Below, in pieces: positions 35,997 to 49,063 of a DNA stretch of 64,000 nt. Position 1 is the first letter of the stretch. Each line of letters starts with the position of its first letter. Position numbers and translations under genes: made by a program. The notes beneath the pieces were generated by a model. It was not told the origin of the DNA. It was given only the letters and a program-made list of their open reading frames with translations, and made no database searches. Origin of the DNA: Eubacteriales bacterium (lineage in GTDB: Bacteria; Bacillota; Clostridia; Oscillospirales; CAG-272); the NCBI GenBank assembly GCA_045546615.1, contig JAZQDD010000038.1, positions 2,868-66,867 of the forward strand, read 5' to 3'.

Positions 35997-37100
35997 TTAA
36001 TCAATAAATCCCTTGAGATGTTTTGCACGGCTGGGGTGGCGAAGCTTGCGAAGCGCCTTGGCTTCTATCTGTCGGATACGCTCACGAGTGATATCAAACT
36101 CCTTGCCAACCTCCTCAAGCGTACGGCAACGTCCATCGTAAAGTCCGAAACGAAGCTTAATAACATGCTCCTCACGGGGGGTGAGCGTGCGAAGCTCACG
36201 GTCGATCACCTCGCGCAGAATGGTGGCGGATGCCGCATCTGCGGGGGCAGGGGTTTCATCATCGGGGATGAAATCGCCAAGATGGCTGTCCTCTTCCTCA
36301 CCGATAGGGGTTTCAAGGGAAACAGGCTCTTGCGCGATCTTCATTATTTCTCTGACCTTGTCTGCGCCCATTCCCATCTTCTCGCCGATCTCCTCTGCCG
36401 TCGCCTCACGTCCAAGCTCCTGAAGCATCTGACGCTGATAACGAGCAACCTTGTGAATGGTCTCGACCATGTGGACGGGGATTCTTATGGTACGCGCCTG
36501 ATCGGCGATAGCGCGGTTGATAGCCTGTCTGATCCACCACGTTGCATAGGTAGAAAATTTATAGCCCTTGCTGTAATCAAACTTTTCCACAGCCTTCATA
36601 AGTCCAAGATTGCCCTCTTGAATAAGATCAAGGAAGAACATTCCCTTTCCAACGTATCTCTTGGCAATGCTGACAACAAGTCTGAGGTTAGCTACAACAA
36701 GCTTGTCCTTGGCATCCTGACGCGCCGCCTCGGTCTGCTCTTCGTCGTGCATGACCTCTGCAAGCTCACGCTCGGTATTGGCATCAAGAAGCGGCACTCT
36801 GCCTATCTCCTTGAGGTACATTCTTACGGGATCATCGATAGCAAGACCTTCCTGCTCAAGAATACGCTCCATATTCTCGCCCGCGCCGAAGTTCTCGACC
36901 TCGCTCTCTATTTTATCAAGCTCGCTACTGGATATCTCATTTTTCATGATGTCCTCGTTTTCCTCGATGGCATCATATATCTTATCCATTTTATCAATAT
37001 CGTAATCAAGCTCCTCGAGCGCCTCATCAAGATCGATCGAACCGTTTTTACTCTTCTCTATGAGATCGTTTACGTCCACTTTCTTTTCGTTCTCGTTCAT
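35997..37100 (-). CDS. sigA: primary RNA polymerase sigma factor
   Basis: ORF 35997..37247 trimmed to ATG 37100, since the extension overlaps dna[61 protein letters not shown]. Confidence 0.96.
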   Translation of the reverse strand: MNENEKKVDVNDLIEKSKNGSIDLDEALEELDYDIDKMDKIYDAIEENEDIMKNEISSSELDKIESEVENFGAGENMERILEQEGLAIDDPVRMYLKEIGRVPLLDANTERELAEVMHDEEQTEAARQDAKDKLVVANLRLVVSIAKRYVGKGMFFLDLIQEGNLGLMKAVEKFDYSKGYKFSTYATWWIRQAINRAIADQARTIRIPVHMVETIHKVARYQRQMLQELGREATAEEIGEKMGMGADKVREIMKIAQEPVSLETPIGEEEDSHLGDFIPDDETPAPADAASATILREVIDRELRTLTPREEHVIKLRFGLYDGRCRTLEEVGKEFDITRERIRQIEAKALRKLRHPSRAKHLKGFID

Positions 37101-37116
37101 TTTTATATATCCTTTC

Positions 37117-38898
37117 TTATGTATGATCGTTTTTTCTTTTTTGTCTTTCTGCCGCAAGTCTTTGGCGCTTCTCGGCAAGCGCATCTCCAAGGCTCTTGTC
37201 GGAAGCACTTGTCCTCGCTTGGCGAAGCACAGCCACAGCCTCATCAAGCACCTTGCTTCCGTTATCAGTCAACGAGCGTCTGTTGACCTCAAGGCTTTGA
37301 AGCCGTCCCATCTCGTCTGCGGTAAAATCCGCACCGAGCAAGGAAAAGACGAAGCCGCCTTCCTCACTGTGAAGGCGCATAATAGCCTCAAACGCACGCC
37401 GCGCAAAAGCGGTAAAGAAATCGTCAGCGGAAAGCTTAACGTCACCTGACAGAATAGCATCTCGCTGCTCGGGATACAAAAGCACAAGCCCGAGAATGGT
37501 CTCCTCTGCCGCCGCCGCACGCGGATTTTTAGCGGCATCAGGATTTATTTTATCACCAAAATCTCTTATCGATGCGTGCGCTTCACGAGTTTGCGCATTT
37601 TTAAGCTCACGCAGTTTTTTGTTACGTTGTTTTTCGACGTCTCCCGTAAGCGCATCCGCGGATACTTTTAGTCTATCGGCGGCACGCAATACGTAGACCT
37701 CGCGCTCGACACCCGAATAGTAATCGGAAATTATTTCTACTATTTCTCCGACAGCTCGCAACTTTTGCTCCGTTTGAGAAATATCGTACTTTTGGCAGAC
37801 CGCCTCGAGCTTGTACTCAAATCCCGTGCGGCTCTGCTCGACGAGCGACTTGAACGCCGCCGCGCCGAATTTTTTTATATATTCATCAGGGTCTTTCGCG
37901 CCTTCCATTTTCAGCACTCTGACCTCAACCCCCACAGCTCCGAGCAAGCGCATAGCCTTGTTTGCGGCGTTGATGCCCGCCTCGTCCGAGTCGTAGGAGA
38001 TGATTACTTTTTTTGTGTATTTTGCAATTATTCGCGCATGCTCCTCGGTAATAGCCGTTCCGAGCGTCGCAACGGCGTTCTCAAATCCCGCCTGGTGAAG
38101 CGCGATAACGTCCATATACCCCTCGCAAAGTATCAATTGTTCGGCACAGTGATCCTTCGCGTAATTGAGCGCGAACAAATTCTTACTCTTTTTAAACGCA
38201 GGCGTGTCCGAGGTATTGAGGTATTTCGGCTTTGAGTCGTCCATAACTCTTCCGCCAAACGCCACTATGTTCCGCGACGTGTCGACAATGGGGAATATAA
38301 CGCGGTTACGGAAATAATCGTACGCCCTGCCCGTTTTTTCGCTTTTACCACAGAGGAAGCCAACTATCATCTCTTCCTCGGTAAATCCGTTTTTTCGCAA
38401 ATGCTCACGTAGTAAGCCAAAATCATTCGGGGCATATCCAAGATAAAAATGCTTGACGGTTGCTCCCGACAGCTTACGCGAGGATATATATTCACGCGCC
38501 TGTGCGCCGCACGGCTCGTTCATAAGGCAGTGGTGAAAAAAACGCGCCGCAACCTTATTCATCTCTCTGATACGCTCACGGCTCGGGCCTTTTTTGTACT
38601 CTCTGTCATCCTGCGGTATTGAGATCCCCGCACGCGCCGCCAGCATTTCAAGGGCTGTGGGGTAGTCAACATTTTCCGCCTTCATAATAAAGGTTACAAC
38701 ATCACCGCCCGCGCCGCACCCAAAGCAATAAAAGCTATCAGATGCCTTGAAAACGGTAAATGACGGGGTACGCTCACTATGGAAAGGGCAAAGTCCTGAC
38801 ATATTCGAGCCTGCGCGTTTGAGGGTAACGTACGAGCCTATGACCTGTTCGATATCGCTCCTGCGCACTATTTCTTCTACCACTTCTCGCGGTATCAC
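37117..38898 (-). CDS. dnaG: DNA primase (GTG start)
   Basis: 593 aa; zinc finger [13 protein letters not shown]...[26 protein letters not shown] and YDSDEAG. RBS GGAGAGGGGGAG. Confidence 0.96.
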   Translation of the reverse strand: MIPREVVEEIVRRSDIEQVIGSYVTLKRAGSNMSGLCPFHSERTPSFTVFKASDSFYCFGCGAGGDVVTFIMKAENVDYPTALEMLAARAGISIPQDDREYKKGPSRERIREMNKVAARFFHHCLMNEPCGAQAREYISSRKLSGATVKHFYLGYAPNDFGLLREHLRKNGFTEEEMIVGFLCGKSEKTGRAYDYFRNRVIFPIVDTSRNIVAFGGRVMDDSKPKYLNTSDTPAFKKSKNLFALNYAKDHCAEQLILCEGYMDVIALHQAGFENAVATLGTAITEEHARIIAKYTKKVIISYDSDEAGINAANKAMRLLGAVGVEVRVLKMEGAKDPDEYIKKFGAAAFKSLVEQSRTGFEYKLEAVCQKYDISQTEQKLRAVGEIVEIISDYYSGVEREVYVLRAADRLKVSADALTGDVEKQRNKKLRELKNAQTREAHASIRDFGDKINPDAAKNPRAAAAEETILGLVLLYPEQRDAILSGDVKLSADDFFTAFARRAFEAIMRLHSEEGGFVFSLLGADFTADEMGRLQSLEVNRRSLTDNGSKVLDEAVAVLRQARTSASDKSLGDALAEKRQRLAAERQKRKNDHT

Positions 38899-38945
38899 GT
38901 CACTCTCCCCCTCTCCAAAAAAATATCAACATACATAATATACGC

Positions 38946-38993
38946 AAAAAAATCGCAAAAACCTCTTTTTTTGAAAGATTTTTTGCGATTTTT
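38946..38993 (-). terminator. terminator after yigZ
   Basis: AATCGCAAAAA...TTTTTGCGATT hairpin with a U-run on the minus strand. Confidence 0.65.
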
Positions 38994-39015
38994 CTTGGTT
39001 TTTTATGAAAAAAGT

Positions 39016-39648
39016 TTATTTGGAGGGAAATGAGAGCTTTGTTCCCGTCTTTTTGACTATCGCTCGGCTTGCACTCAATTCGCAAAGGCGCGCAAAAAGC
39101 GGCTCGGCATCCTGCTCTGCCACCTCTATATAGAGCTTAACGTCAGCGGAAAACTCACTTGACGTAACGTTCGCCCCCGTTCTTTTAAGCTCGTAAGCTA
39201 TTTTTTGATGGTCGTTATAGGTACAACTCACCTCGGCTGTGACAAACGGCTCAAGCGTGACAATACCCGCCGCATCAACCGCCATTTTCGCGGCGGCGGA
39301 ATACGCCCTGACAAGTCCGCCCGTACCAAGCAGAATGCCGCCGAAATATCTCGTAACTACTACGACAACACCGTCGAGCTTATTTTTTACAAGCACCTCA
39401 AGCACGGGCATTCCCGCGCTTCCCTGCGGCTCGCCATCATCGGAATATCGTTTTTGTGTGCCGCCGTTCAAGACGTAAGCAAAGACGTTATGACGCGCGT
39501 CGGCGTGCTTTTTCTTTATTTTTTTAACGAATTCCGTAGCCTCCTCCTCGTTTGCAACGGGGGCGGCGTAGCCGATAAACTCGGAGCGTTTTTCAACGAG
39601 GCTCGCGCTCGCCTCGCGCATGATGGTGATAACGCTGTCCATTACCAC
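39016..39648 (-). CDS. yigZ: YigZ/IMPACT family protein
   Basis: 210 aa; EKRSEFIGYAAPV, ARHNVFAYV, DDGEPQGSAGMP, VVTRYFGGILLGTGGLVRAY. Confidence 0.9.
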   Translation of the reverse strand: MVMDSVITIMREASASLVEKRSEFIGYAAPVANEEEATEFVKKIKKKHADARHNVFAYVLNGGTQKRYSDDGEPQGSAGMPVLEVLVKNKLDGVVVVVTRYFGGILLGTGGLVRAYSAAAKMAVDAAGIVTLEPFVTAEVSCTYNDHQKIAYELKRTGANVTSSEFSADVKLYIEVAEQDAEPLFARLCELSASRAIVKKTGTKLSFPSK

Positions 39649-40964
39649 TCCTCCTTTTTGGGAAGGGGTGGGTTGGAGCCGTCCTGAGCCTCAAATCGCG
39701 CCATCACTCCGCGGACACGCGCGTCAACGGTAGCGTAGACCGTGATAAACTCCGCGCCGTAATCCACCTCGTCCACCGCCGCAAGGCTGTAGAGGGTATT
39801 CACAGCACCTGCATCGGAATTGGGGATGAGGTATTTTATTTTCTTTTTTCCTGCTCTGACAAGCTCCTCGAGCGCTTGACTCAATTCGTCTATTCCCTGA
39901 CCTGTAAGCGCAGAAATGCACACGCTACGCCGCGTTTCGCCATGCTCGGTAGTAGGGGCGGGTACGTTGCTCGCCTCTCTGTCGCATTTATTGTAAACGA
40001 TGATCGAGGGCTTGTCACCCGCTCCAAGCTCGGCAAGAAGATTTTCCGTAACCTCAAGCTGTGCGGGGTATTCGGGGTCGGAGGCATCTACGATTATCAT
40101 CAAAATATCGGAACATACAGCCTCGTCAAGCGTTGAACTAAACGCCTTTATAAGATGGTGCGGCAGTCTGCGTATAAAGCCTACCGTGTCAGTGAGTAGC
40201 ACGTCATCTCCGCTCGGCAAAGAGAATTTGCGCGTGGTGGGGTCAAGCGTCGCAAAGAGCTTATCCTCGGCAAGAATGCCCGCATCGGTAAGTCTGTTGA
40301 GCAACGTGGATTTACCTGCGTTCGTATAACCAACGATGGCTATTTTCTGAATACCGCTCCTGTCGCGTGCGGCACGCTTGGTCTTGCGCTGAACGGCAAG
40401 CTCCGAAAGCTCCGCCTCAAGCGCCGTTACTCTGCGCTTGATATGACGGCGGTCAGACTCCAGCTTTGACTCACCTGGGCCGCGTGTTCCGATACCGCCT
40501 CCAAGTCGGGAGAGCTGTGTTCCCTTACCGATAAGGCGCGGCGCGGTGTATTTGAGCTGTGCAAGCTCGACCTGCAGCTTTCCTTCCGCAGTAGTTGCGT
40601 GAAGGGCGAATATATCAAGTATCAGCATAGAGCGGTCTATGACGCGTACGCCGTCAAGCTCGTCCTCGATATTTCTTATCTGCGAGGGAGTCAGCTCACA
40701 ATCAAAAACGGCGAGGTCGATATCGTTATTTTCGCAAAGTTCCGAAAGCTCAATGAGCTTTCCGGAGCCGATATAGGTACGAACGTCGGGCGTTTGGCGC
40801 GATTGCACCATAGTTGCGACAACCTCTCCGCCCGCCGTGTCGAGCAAGCGGCGAAGCTCCCGGAGCGATATCTCGCACTCTCCGTCGCGCATATCGCCCG
40901 CATCAACACCTACGAGAACGGCTCTTCCTGTTTCTATTTTACTTTTTATCTCATTTGTTGGCAT
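39642..40964 (-). CDS. hflX: GTPase HflX
   Basis: Trimmed to ATG 40964 (RBS AAGGAAG). G1 VGYTNAGKSTL, G3 DTVGFI, G4 NKCD; N-terminal HflX domain. Confidence 0.93.
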   Translation of the reverse strand: MPTNEIKSKIETGRAVLVGVDAGDMRDGECEISLRELRRLLDTAGGEVVATMVQSRQTPDVRTYIGSGKLIELSELCENNDIDLAVFDCELTPSQIRNIEDELDGVRVIDRSMLILDIFALHATTAEGKLQVELAQLKYTAPRLIGKGTQLSRLGGGIGTRGPGESKLESDRRHIKRRVTALEAELSELAVQRKTKRAARDRSGIQKIAIVGYTNAGKSTLLNRLTDAGILAEDKLFATLDPTTRKFSLPSGDDVLLTDTVGFIRRLPHHLIKAFSSTLDEAVCSDILMIIVDASDPEYPAQLEVTENLLAELGAGDKPSIIVYNKCDREASNVPAPTTEHGETRRSVCISALTGQGIDELSQALEELVRAGKKKIKYLIPNSDAGAVNTLYSLAAVDEVDYGAEFITVYATVDARVRGVMARFEAQDGSNPPLPKKEEW

Positions 40965-40984
40965 AAGCGCACTTCCTTTTTTTG

Positions 40985-41030
40985 CTAAAATTGAAACAAG
41001 GGCAAGCAACGCGTTGCGCGCAGCTTGCCC
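40985..41030 (-). terminator. terminator after rpmE
   Basis: GGGCAAGC...AGCTTGCCC hairpin followed by a U-rich run on the minus strand. Confidence 0.7.
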
Positions 41031-41045
41031 GATGCTCCGAAAAGC

Positions 41046-41264
41046 TTATTTGTTCTTAGCCTCAAGTCTCTTCTTGAACTTGTCAACGCGTCCGCCGGCA
41101 TCAACGAATTTCTGCTTACCGGTGAAGAACGGATGGCACTTGGAACAAATTTCAACTCTGATCTCGCTTCCGCCCTTGGGGTTGGTGGAACGGGTGGTTA
41201 CAGTCTCGCCGCAAGCGCAACGAATGATTACTTCTTCATACTTGGGATGGATACCCTGCTTCAT
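41046..41264 (-). CDS. rpmE: 50S ribosomal protein L31 (Zn-binding type A)
   Basis: Trimmed to ATG 41264: [20 protein letters not shown]...[12 protein letters not shown]. Confidence 0.95.
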   Translation of the reverse strand: MKQGIHPKYEEVIIRCACGETVTTRSTNPKGGSEIRVEICSKCHPFFTGKQKFVDAGGRVDKFKKRLEAKNK

Positions 41265-41409
41265 TTCAATTACCTCTCTTTTAGCGGTGTATATTGACGG
41301 ATTTTGCCGTCGATGCCGCAATTACAAGAGATTATACCATATTTATTTAAATATTGCAATACTTTTTTAGCAATTTCTTTATTATTTTACCCGTTTTTTT
41401 GAAATTCAC

Positions 41410-41447
41410 CACAAAATAAAGGGTGTACCATTAGTACACCCTTTATT
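41410..41447 (-). terminator. terminator after rplS
   Basis: AAAGGGTGTAC-CATTA-GTACACCCTTT with a U-run on the minus strand. Confidence 0.85.
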
Positions 41448-41465
41448 TCCTTCTCACAGTCGGAA

Positions 41466-41807
41466 TTAGATCTTCTCTTTAACCTTGGAAGCCTTACCGA
41501 CTCTATCGCGAAGATAGTAGAGCTTAGCGCGTCTGACAACACCCGAACGGGTAATATCAACAGCTACTACGTTGGGAGAGTGGATGGGGAAGGTCTTCTC
41601 CACGCCTACGCCGTAAGAAACGCGTCTTACGGTAAAGGTCTCGGAAATGCCGCCGCCGTGCTTAGCGATAACGGTACCCTCGAACATCTGAATTCTCTCA
41701 CGCGTGCCTTCCTTGATACGATTGTGAATGCGCACGGTGTCACCTACGTTTACGGTAGGAAGCTCCTTCTTGAGCTGCTCATTGGTCATAGCTGCAATGT
41801 AATCCAT
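41466..41807 (-). CDS. rplS: 50S ribosomal protein L19
   Basis: Trimmed to ATG 41807: [34 protein letters not shown]...RRAKLYYLR. Confidence 0.96.
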   Translation of the reverse strand: MDYIAAMTNEQLKKELPTVNVGDTVRIHNRIKEGTRERIQMFEGTVIAKHGGGISETFTVRRVSYGVGVEKTFPIHSPNVVAVDITRSGVVRRAKLYYLRDRVGKASKVKEKI

Positions 41808-41896
41808 TGTTAGCCCCTCCTTTTTGATTTTAAGGATAATGAGGACATTCATGCAGAGCCCGCAGCGGACTGTCCCCGTATGAAACATACCAAAGT

Positions 41897-41925
41897 ATTA
41901 TATCACGACTTTATCGCAAAATCAA
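41897..41925 (-). promoter_or_regulatory. sigma-A promoter for rplS
   Basis: Minus strand TTGATT-17 nt-TATAAT; predicts an untranslated leader of about 85 nt. Confidence 0.55.
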
Positions 41926-41959
41926 TACTTTTTTCAAAAAAATTCTATTTTTATGAAAA

Positions 41960-42874
41960 TTATTTTATTTCCTCGATATCATACGGCGTTGCCTGATATA
42001 CGAAATAATTCAGCCAGTTGGTATAAAGGAGATTTGCACAGCTCCTCCAACGCACGATGGGGTCTTTTTCGGGGTCATCGTCGGGGAAATAGTTCTTTGG
42101 CAACTGACCTACACCGTTGGCGGTATCTCTGATGAATTCCTTTTTCAGCGTGTCGCCGTCATACTCGGGGTGTCCCGTTACGAATATCTGTCTGCCGCGG
42201 TCGGTGGCACAGACGTAAACGCCCGCTTCCTTGGAGCTTGCAAGTATTTTTATATCGGGGCAAGCCTCAACGTCCTCGCGCAAAATGGTGGTATAACGCG
42301 AATGTGGAGCCCAGAAGTTATCATCAAAGCCTCTGAAAAGAATGGAAGTCTTATGGTCGACGGTATGCTCAAAAACTCCGAGCATTTTTTTGTCAAGCGG
42401 ATATTTTTTGATACCGTGGTGATAATACAGCCCCGCTTGCGCTCCCCAGCAGATGTGGAAGGTGCTTGTAACGTGGGTCTTGCTCCACTCCATTATCTCG
42501 CAAAGCTCATCCCAATACTCCACCTTTTCAAAATCAAGATGCTCCACAGGTGCTCCCGTAATTATCATTCCGTCGAAGCGGCGGTGCTTTATCTCATCAA
42601 AGGTGCGGTAAAACGCGAGCATGTGCTCCGCGGGGGTGTGGGTTGGCTTATGTGTGGCAGTTTGAAGCAGTTCAAGCTCGACCTGAAGCGGCGTATTTCC
42701 GATAAGACGGGCTATCTGCGTTTCGGTAACTATCTTCTGCGGCATCAAATTGAGCATGAGTATGTGCAAGGGACGGATATCCTGCGTAATGGCGCGGGTT
42801 TCGGTCATTACGAAGATATTCTCGTCAAGCAATGTCTGCGTTGCCGGAAGAAGATTGGGAATTTTTATAGGCAT
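41960..42874 (-). CDS. metA: homoserine O-acyltransferase MetA
   Basis: 304 aa; MPIKIP N-terminus, [21 protein letters not shown] (active-site Cys). Confidence 0.93.
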   Translation of the reverse strand: MPIKIPNLLPATQTLLDENIFVMTETRAITQDIRPLHILMLNLMPQKIVTETQIARLIGNTPLQVELELLQTATHKPTHTPAEHMLAFYRTFDEIKHRRFDGMIITGAPVEHLDFEKVEYWDELCEIMEWSKTHVTSTFHICWGAQAGLYYHHGIKKYPLDKKMLGVFEHTVDHKTSILFRGFDDNFWAPHSRYTTILREDVEACPDIKILASSKEAGVYVCATDRGRQIFVTGHPEYDGDTLKKEFIRDTANGVGQLPKNYFPDDDPEKDPIVRWRSCANLLYTNWLNYFVYQATPYDIEEIK

Positions 42875-42887
42875 AATGCCTCCGTTC

Positions 42888-44165
42888 TCAGGCGTTTTCC
42901 AAAGCCTGCTTTATATCATCAATTATATCTTGTACGTTCTCTATACCAACGGACAGGCGGACAAGTCCGGGGGAAATGCCTGCGGCGGCAAGCTGGTCAT
43001 CGGTAAGCTGGCGGTGCGTAGTGCCTGCGGGGTTAAGCACGCTCGTGCGCGCGTCCGCAACGTGAACCACAACAGCGGCAAGCTTTAGCGAATCCATAAA
43101 GCGGATAGCCGCCTCCTTGCCTCCCTTGATTACAAAGGAAACTACACCCGACGTACCGCGGGGCAGATACTTCTTTGCAAGAGCGTGGCGCGGGTCTGTC
43201 TCAAGGCCGGGGTAGCTTACGCTCTCTACCTTATCGGAGCTTTGCAAGAACTCGGCAACCGTCATTGCGTTTTCACAATGTCTTTGTACGCGCAGATGAA
43301 GCGTTTCAAGACCGAGGTTCAAAATAAACGCGCTCATGGGAGTAAGCGGAACACCAAAATCGCGTATAAGCTGAACTCTTGCCTTGGTATAGTAAGCGTG
43401 AGCGTTTCCGAAATGGCTGATGTATGCTACGCCGTGGTAGGACTCGTCAGGCTCGGTAAGCTCGGGGTATTTTCCGTTTGTCCAATCAAATCTACCGCCG
43501 TCGACGATACAGCCGCCTATAACGGTAGCATGACCGTCCATATACTTGGTAGTGGAGTGGATAACTATATCCGCGCCAAACTCAAAGGGGCGGCAGTTAA
43601 CGGGCGTGGGGAAGGTGTTGTCTATCATGAGCGGAACACCGTGGCGATGAGCGACAGCCGCGTATCTTTCGATGTCGAACACGTCAAGTCCGGGGTTTGC
43701 AAGCGTTTCACCGAAGAGAAGTCTTGTTCTGTCGTCGAACAGCGCCTCTACCTCGTCATCAGACATATCGTTTGTAAAGAATCTCGTTTCGATACCGAGT
43801 CTTTTCAGCGTAACGGAAAAGAGGTTGACAGTTCCGCCGTAAACGGACGCGCTGGCAACTATATTGTCACCCGACGAGGATATATTAAGTATAGCCACAA
43901 GTATTGCCGCCATTCCCGATGCGCAAAGAACGGCACCCGTGCCGCCTTCAAGATCGGCTATCTTTTTCTCAACCTCCTCAAGAGTGGGGTTGGAAATTCT
44001 TGAATACATATGTCCAGGTGCTTTGAGGTCAAAAAGATCGCCCATTTCTGCGGCACTGTCGTACTTATAGGTAGTGCTCTGATATATGGGCAGGACTCTC
44101 GGCTCGCCGTTTTTAGGCTGATAGCCTGACTGTATACATTTTGTTTCTATCTTGTATTCGGACAT
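42888..44165 (-). CDS. metY: O-acetylhomoserine sulfhydrylase / aminocarboxypropyltransferase
   Basis: 425 aa; Cys/Met-metabolism PLP enzyme with lysine motif [10 protein letters not shown]. Confidence 0.9.
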   Translation of the reverse strand: MSEYKIETKCIQSGYQPKNGEPRVLPIYQSTTYKYDSAAEMGDLFDLKAPGHMYSRISNPTLEEVEKKIADLEGGTGAVLCASGMAAILVAILNISSSGDNIVASASVYGGTVNLFSVTLKRLGIETRFFTNDMSDDEVEALFDDRTRLLFGETLANPGLDVFDIERYAAVAHRHGVPLMIDNTFPTPVNCRPFEFGADIVIHSTTKYMDGHATVIGGCIVDGGRFDWTNGKYPELTEPDESYHGVAYISHFGNAHAYYTKARVQLIRDFGVPLTPMSAFILNLGLETLHLRVQRHCENAMTVAEFLQSSDKVESVSYPGLETDPRHALAKKYLPRGTSGVVSFVIKGGKEAAIRFMDSLKLAAVVVHVADARTSVLNPAGTTHRQLTDDQLAAAGISPGLVRLSVGIENVQDIIDDIKQALENA

Positions 44166-44197
44166 ATTAACGCCTCCTTGGCTGTTGATAATATAAA

Positions 44198-44226
44198 ATT
44201 ATATCATATTTAGCGTAGTTATGCAA
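44198..44226 (-). promoter_or_regulatory. sigma-A promoter for metY-metA
   Basis: Minus strand TTGCAT-17 nt-TATAAT; leaves a leader of only about 30 nt. Confidence 0.45.
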
Positions 44227-44311
44227 TAGAAAAAGTCGAAATTTTATTGAACTACGCACTAATATTTGATATAATGTATATACAAATATTATTTTGAGGA
44301 AATTTGGGAAA

Positions 44312-45043
44312 ATGAGAATTATCGAGTACGGAGAGCCTACGGCACCGATCCTTTTGCTCATACACGGCTTTCAAAGTCCCTTTTGCGTATGGGATAAATA
44401 CATAGAGCACTACGCACAGCGCTTTCACCTTGTTGTACCGATACTTGACGGGCATGACCCCGACTGCCCCTCTGATTTTATTTCGTTTGAAAAATGCGCC
44501 GCTGAAATAGAGGAATTTTTGGGCGGACGCGAGGTATACGCAGTATATGCAATGAGCATGGGCGGTGTGCTTGCCGCTACTCTGCTCAAAAGAGGAAGGG
44601 TGAAATTCAAAAAAGCCGTCCTTGAAAGTTCTCCTCTGCTTTCCTACAATCCCATCGTAGCCGCATATATCACGCGCTTTTATCTTTCTGTAACGCAAAA
44701 GACGAAGGAACGCGACGAAAAGACCTTAAAAAACGCCGCACGGCTTGTCCGCGAGGAGCAGTTTGACGATTTCATCCGCGTGCTTGATAATATGTCCGAC
44801 ACGACGATAAGAAACTGCATAAGCGGAATAAAGGAGTTCAAGCTCCCTACTGACCTTGATTTGTCCGCCACGGAGCTTACGTACATCTACGGCGGAAAGG
44901 AAGTCTTTTTTGGAAAAATTGCAAAATTCATAAAAAAGCACTATCCGCACGCGAGCATTATAAAAATTGATGGCAAGGGACATTGCGAGGATGCACTCCT
45001 CTGCCCCGAGGTCAGAATTGGTGAGCTTGATAATATATTGTAA
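44312..45043 (+). CDS. alpha/beta hydrolase
   Basis: Trimmed to ATG 44312 (MRIIEYG). HGF oxyanion motif LLIHGFQS, nucleophile elbow AMSMGG, C-terminal GKGHC. Confidence 0.75.
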   Translation: MRIIEYGEPTAPILLLIHGFQSPFCVWDKYIEHYAQRFHLVVPILDGHDPDCPSDFISFEKCAAEIEEFLGGREVYAVYAMSMGGVLAATLLKRGRVKFKKAVLESSPLLSYNPIVAAYITRFYLSVTQKTKERDEKTLKNAARLVREEQFDDFIRVLDNMSDTTIRNCISGIKEFKLPTDLDLSATELTYIYGGKEVFFGKIAKFIKKHYPHASIIKIDGKGHCEDALLCPEVRIGELDNIL

Positions 45044-45071
45044 AAAAGTGGCTGAAATTCAGCCACTTTTT
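45043..45071. terminator. bidirectional rho-independent terminator
   Basis: AAAAAGTGGCTGAAATTCAGCCACTTTTT between convergent genes. Confidence 0.9.
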
Positions 45072-45072
45072 C

Positions 45073-45996
45073 TTATGCTAATTTTTTGACCGCGAGAGCG
45101 CACCAGCCGTTCTCCTCAAGCGTTTCCGCTATATAGAGTCCGTTTGCCTCAAGCGCGTCAACGACCTCTGCGGCACGCTCGGAAATGATTCCCGATGCAA
45201 GCAGAGTGGAATGCGCGCCCATAAACGCGCCGATGTCGGGCGCCATACGGATTATGATATCCGCAACTATGTTCGCACAGATAATGTCGTACTCACCCGC
45301 CTTTACGCCGCGCAGAAGATCGGACGTGCCGCACTCCACCTCACAGCCGTTTTCAGCGGCGTTCTCGGCGGCGACCTCCACGGCTATGGGGTCGATATCG
45401 TACGCGCGGCAAACGCCAGCGCCAAGCTTTTTACCGCAGATGGCAAGTATGCCGCTTCCACAGCCCACGTCAAGCAAGGTGCAACCGTCGCTCACGCGGT
45501 TTTCAAGCATTCCTATGACGAGCTTTGTTGTCTCGTGCGAACCCGTGCCAAACGCCATACCGGGGTCCATTCTGACCACAAGCTCATGCTCCTCCGGCTC
45601 GTATTCCTCCCACTTCGGAACTATAACTATGCGGTTGCCGATATGAAGCGGCTTGTAATACTGCTTCCATGTGTTCGCCCAATCGGATTCGTTGACTCCG
45701 ACCACCGCAACGTCTGCTTCAAGCGATTCCTCGGCAAGTCTGCCCTTTATAAAACCAAGAGTTTCAGCGGGATCGGTGTTTTCGGGCAAGAATACCGAGA
45801 CCGATGCCACGGTCTTATCGGCGTTGAGTATCGCCTCGTCAATGAGGTCACCGTATACACTCTTGAGGTCGATGTCGCTGAAATCCTCTATCATCAGGTT
45901 CACGTCAACTGCGCTCATTATAGCTATGAGCTTATCAAGCATCGGTAGTTTTACCGTGACCTTTATCTGTGTCCATTCGGAATAGGTGTAGTCCAT
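45073..45996 (-). CDS. prmA: ribosomal protein L11 methyltransferase
   Basis: 307 aa; DPGMAFGTGSHETT, LDVGCGSGILA SAM motif. Located after dnaJ, as in the Bacillus dnaK operon. Confidence 0.93.
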   Translation of the reverse strand: MDYTYSEWTQIKVTVKLPMLDKLIAIMSAVDVNLMIEDFSDIDLKSVYGDLIDEAILNADKTVASVSVFLPENTDPAETLGFIKGRLAEESLEADVAVVGVNESDWANTWKQYYKPLHIGNRIVIVPKWEEYEPEEHELVVRMDPGMAFGTGSHETTKLVIGMLENRVSDGCTLLDVGCGSGILAICGKKLGAGVCRAYDIDPIAVEVAAENAAENGCEVECGTSDLLRGVKAGEYDIICANIVADIIIRMAPDIGAFMGAHSTLLASGIISERAAEVVDALEANGLYIAETLEENGWCALAVKKLA

Positions 45997-46011
45997 TTTA
46001 CGGCCTGCCTT

Positions 46012-47139
46012 TTACTTAAAGATGCGCTTGAGGAAGCTCTCGCGCTTGGTGTAATTCGATTCACCCGATGCCTCGGCAAACTGACGCATAAGCTCCGCTT
46101 GCTTTGAAGAAAGTCCGCGCGGAATCTCCACGTTCACGGTGAATATGAGGTCACCGCGCCTGTTTTGATTGTTTACATAGTACGCCCCCTCCTGACGCAT
46201 GGTAAAGGACGTACCCGTCTGCGTTCCTTCGGGTATCTTATATTTTTTAGTTCCTTCAAGCGTGGGGATGTCTATCTCCGCGCCGAGAGTTGCCTCCGCT
46301 ATCGTTATCGGAACGTCGCAGTAAATGTGCGCTCCCTCGCGGCGGAAGATGGGGTGACGGCGCACGCGCACCTCGATAATGAGGTCGCCCGCAGGTCCGC
46401 CGTTTGCACCGTCGTCGCCTTGTCCGCGCAGGGCAATACGCTCACCGTTGCCAATGCCCGCAGGGATATTGACACTGAGCTTTTTGTGTTGTTTTGTAAA
46501 ACCGCTTCCGCGGCATTCGGAGCAGGGGTCTTTTATGATCTTTCCCTTTCCGCGGCAAGCCTCGCAGGTGACGGTCGATTGGAACTGCATACCGCCAAGG
46601 CGCTGTACAACGCGGCGCTGACCGCTTCCGCCACAGGTGGAGCAGGTCTCTGTCTTTCCGTCCTTTGAACCCGTACCGTTACATGAGCCGCATCTTGCCG
46701 TGCGATTGAAGCTGACATCAGCCTTCGTTCCGAAGGCGGCATCCTTAAAATCAATTGTAACAGCGACGCCTATATCGTCACCGCGGCGCGGAGCGTCTCT
46801 GCGAGACGAGCCGCCGCCAAAGCCTCCAAAGCCCCCGCCAAAGAAGGAGCTGAAAATATCTCCGAAATCGCCAAAGCCCGAAAAACCCTCTCCTCCTGTG
46901 CCCATACTTCCGTCAAAAGCGGCGTGGCCGTAGTTATCGTAGGCGGAGCGTTTTTCGGAATCGGAGAGGACAGCGTACGCCTCGTTGACTTCCTTGAACT
47001 TTGCCTCTGCCTCCTTGTTGTCGGGGTTCATATCCGGGTGATACTTTTTGGCGAGCTTTCGGTATGCCTTTTTTATACTATCGTCATCGGCGCCGCGCTC
47101 AACGCCCAGCACCTCGTAATAATCTCTTTTATCAGCCAT
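46012..47139 (-). CDS. dnaJ: molecular chaperone DnaJ
   Basis: 375 aa; J-domain HPD (KYHPDMNP), G/F region, four CxxCxGxG zinc repeats. Confidence 0.97.
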   Translation of the reverse strand: MADKRDYYEVLGVERGADDDSIKKAYRKLAKKYHPDMNPDNKEAEAKFKEVNEAYAVLSDSEKRSAYDNYGHAAFDGSMGTGGEGFSGFGDFGDIFSSFFGGGFGGFGGGSSRRDAPRRGDDIGVAVTIDFKDAAFGTKADVSFNRTARCGSCNGTGSKDGKTETCSTCGGSGQRRVVQRLGGMQFQSTVTCEACRGKGKIIKDPCSECRGSGFTKQHKKLSVNIPAGIGNGERIALRGQGDDGANGGPAGDLIIEVRVRRHPIFRREGAHIYCDVPITIAEATLGAEIDIPTLEGTKKYKIPEGTQTGTSFTMRQEGAYYVNNQNRRGDLIFTVNVEIPRGLSSKQAELMRQFAEASGESNYTKRESFLKRIFK

Positions 47140-47166
47140 AGTAACTGCCTTTCATAAAACGCCTTA

Positions 47167-47199
47167 AACGGAATGGGCGAAAAATACGCCCATTCCGTT
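47167..47199 (-). terminator. 13-bp hairpin between dnaK and dnaJ (partial terminator or processing signal)
   Basis: AACGGAATGGGCG-7 nt-CGCCCATTCCGTT; weak U-run. Confidence 0.5.
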
Positions 47200-47206
47200 A
47201 GCATTT

Positions 47207-49063
<1,857 letters not shown>

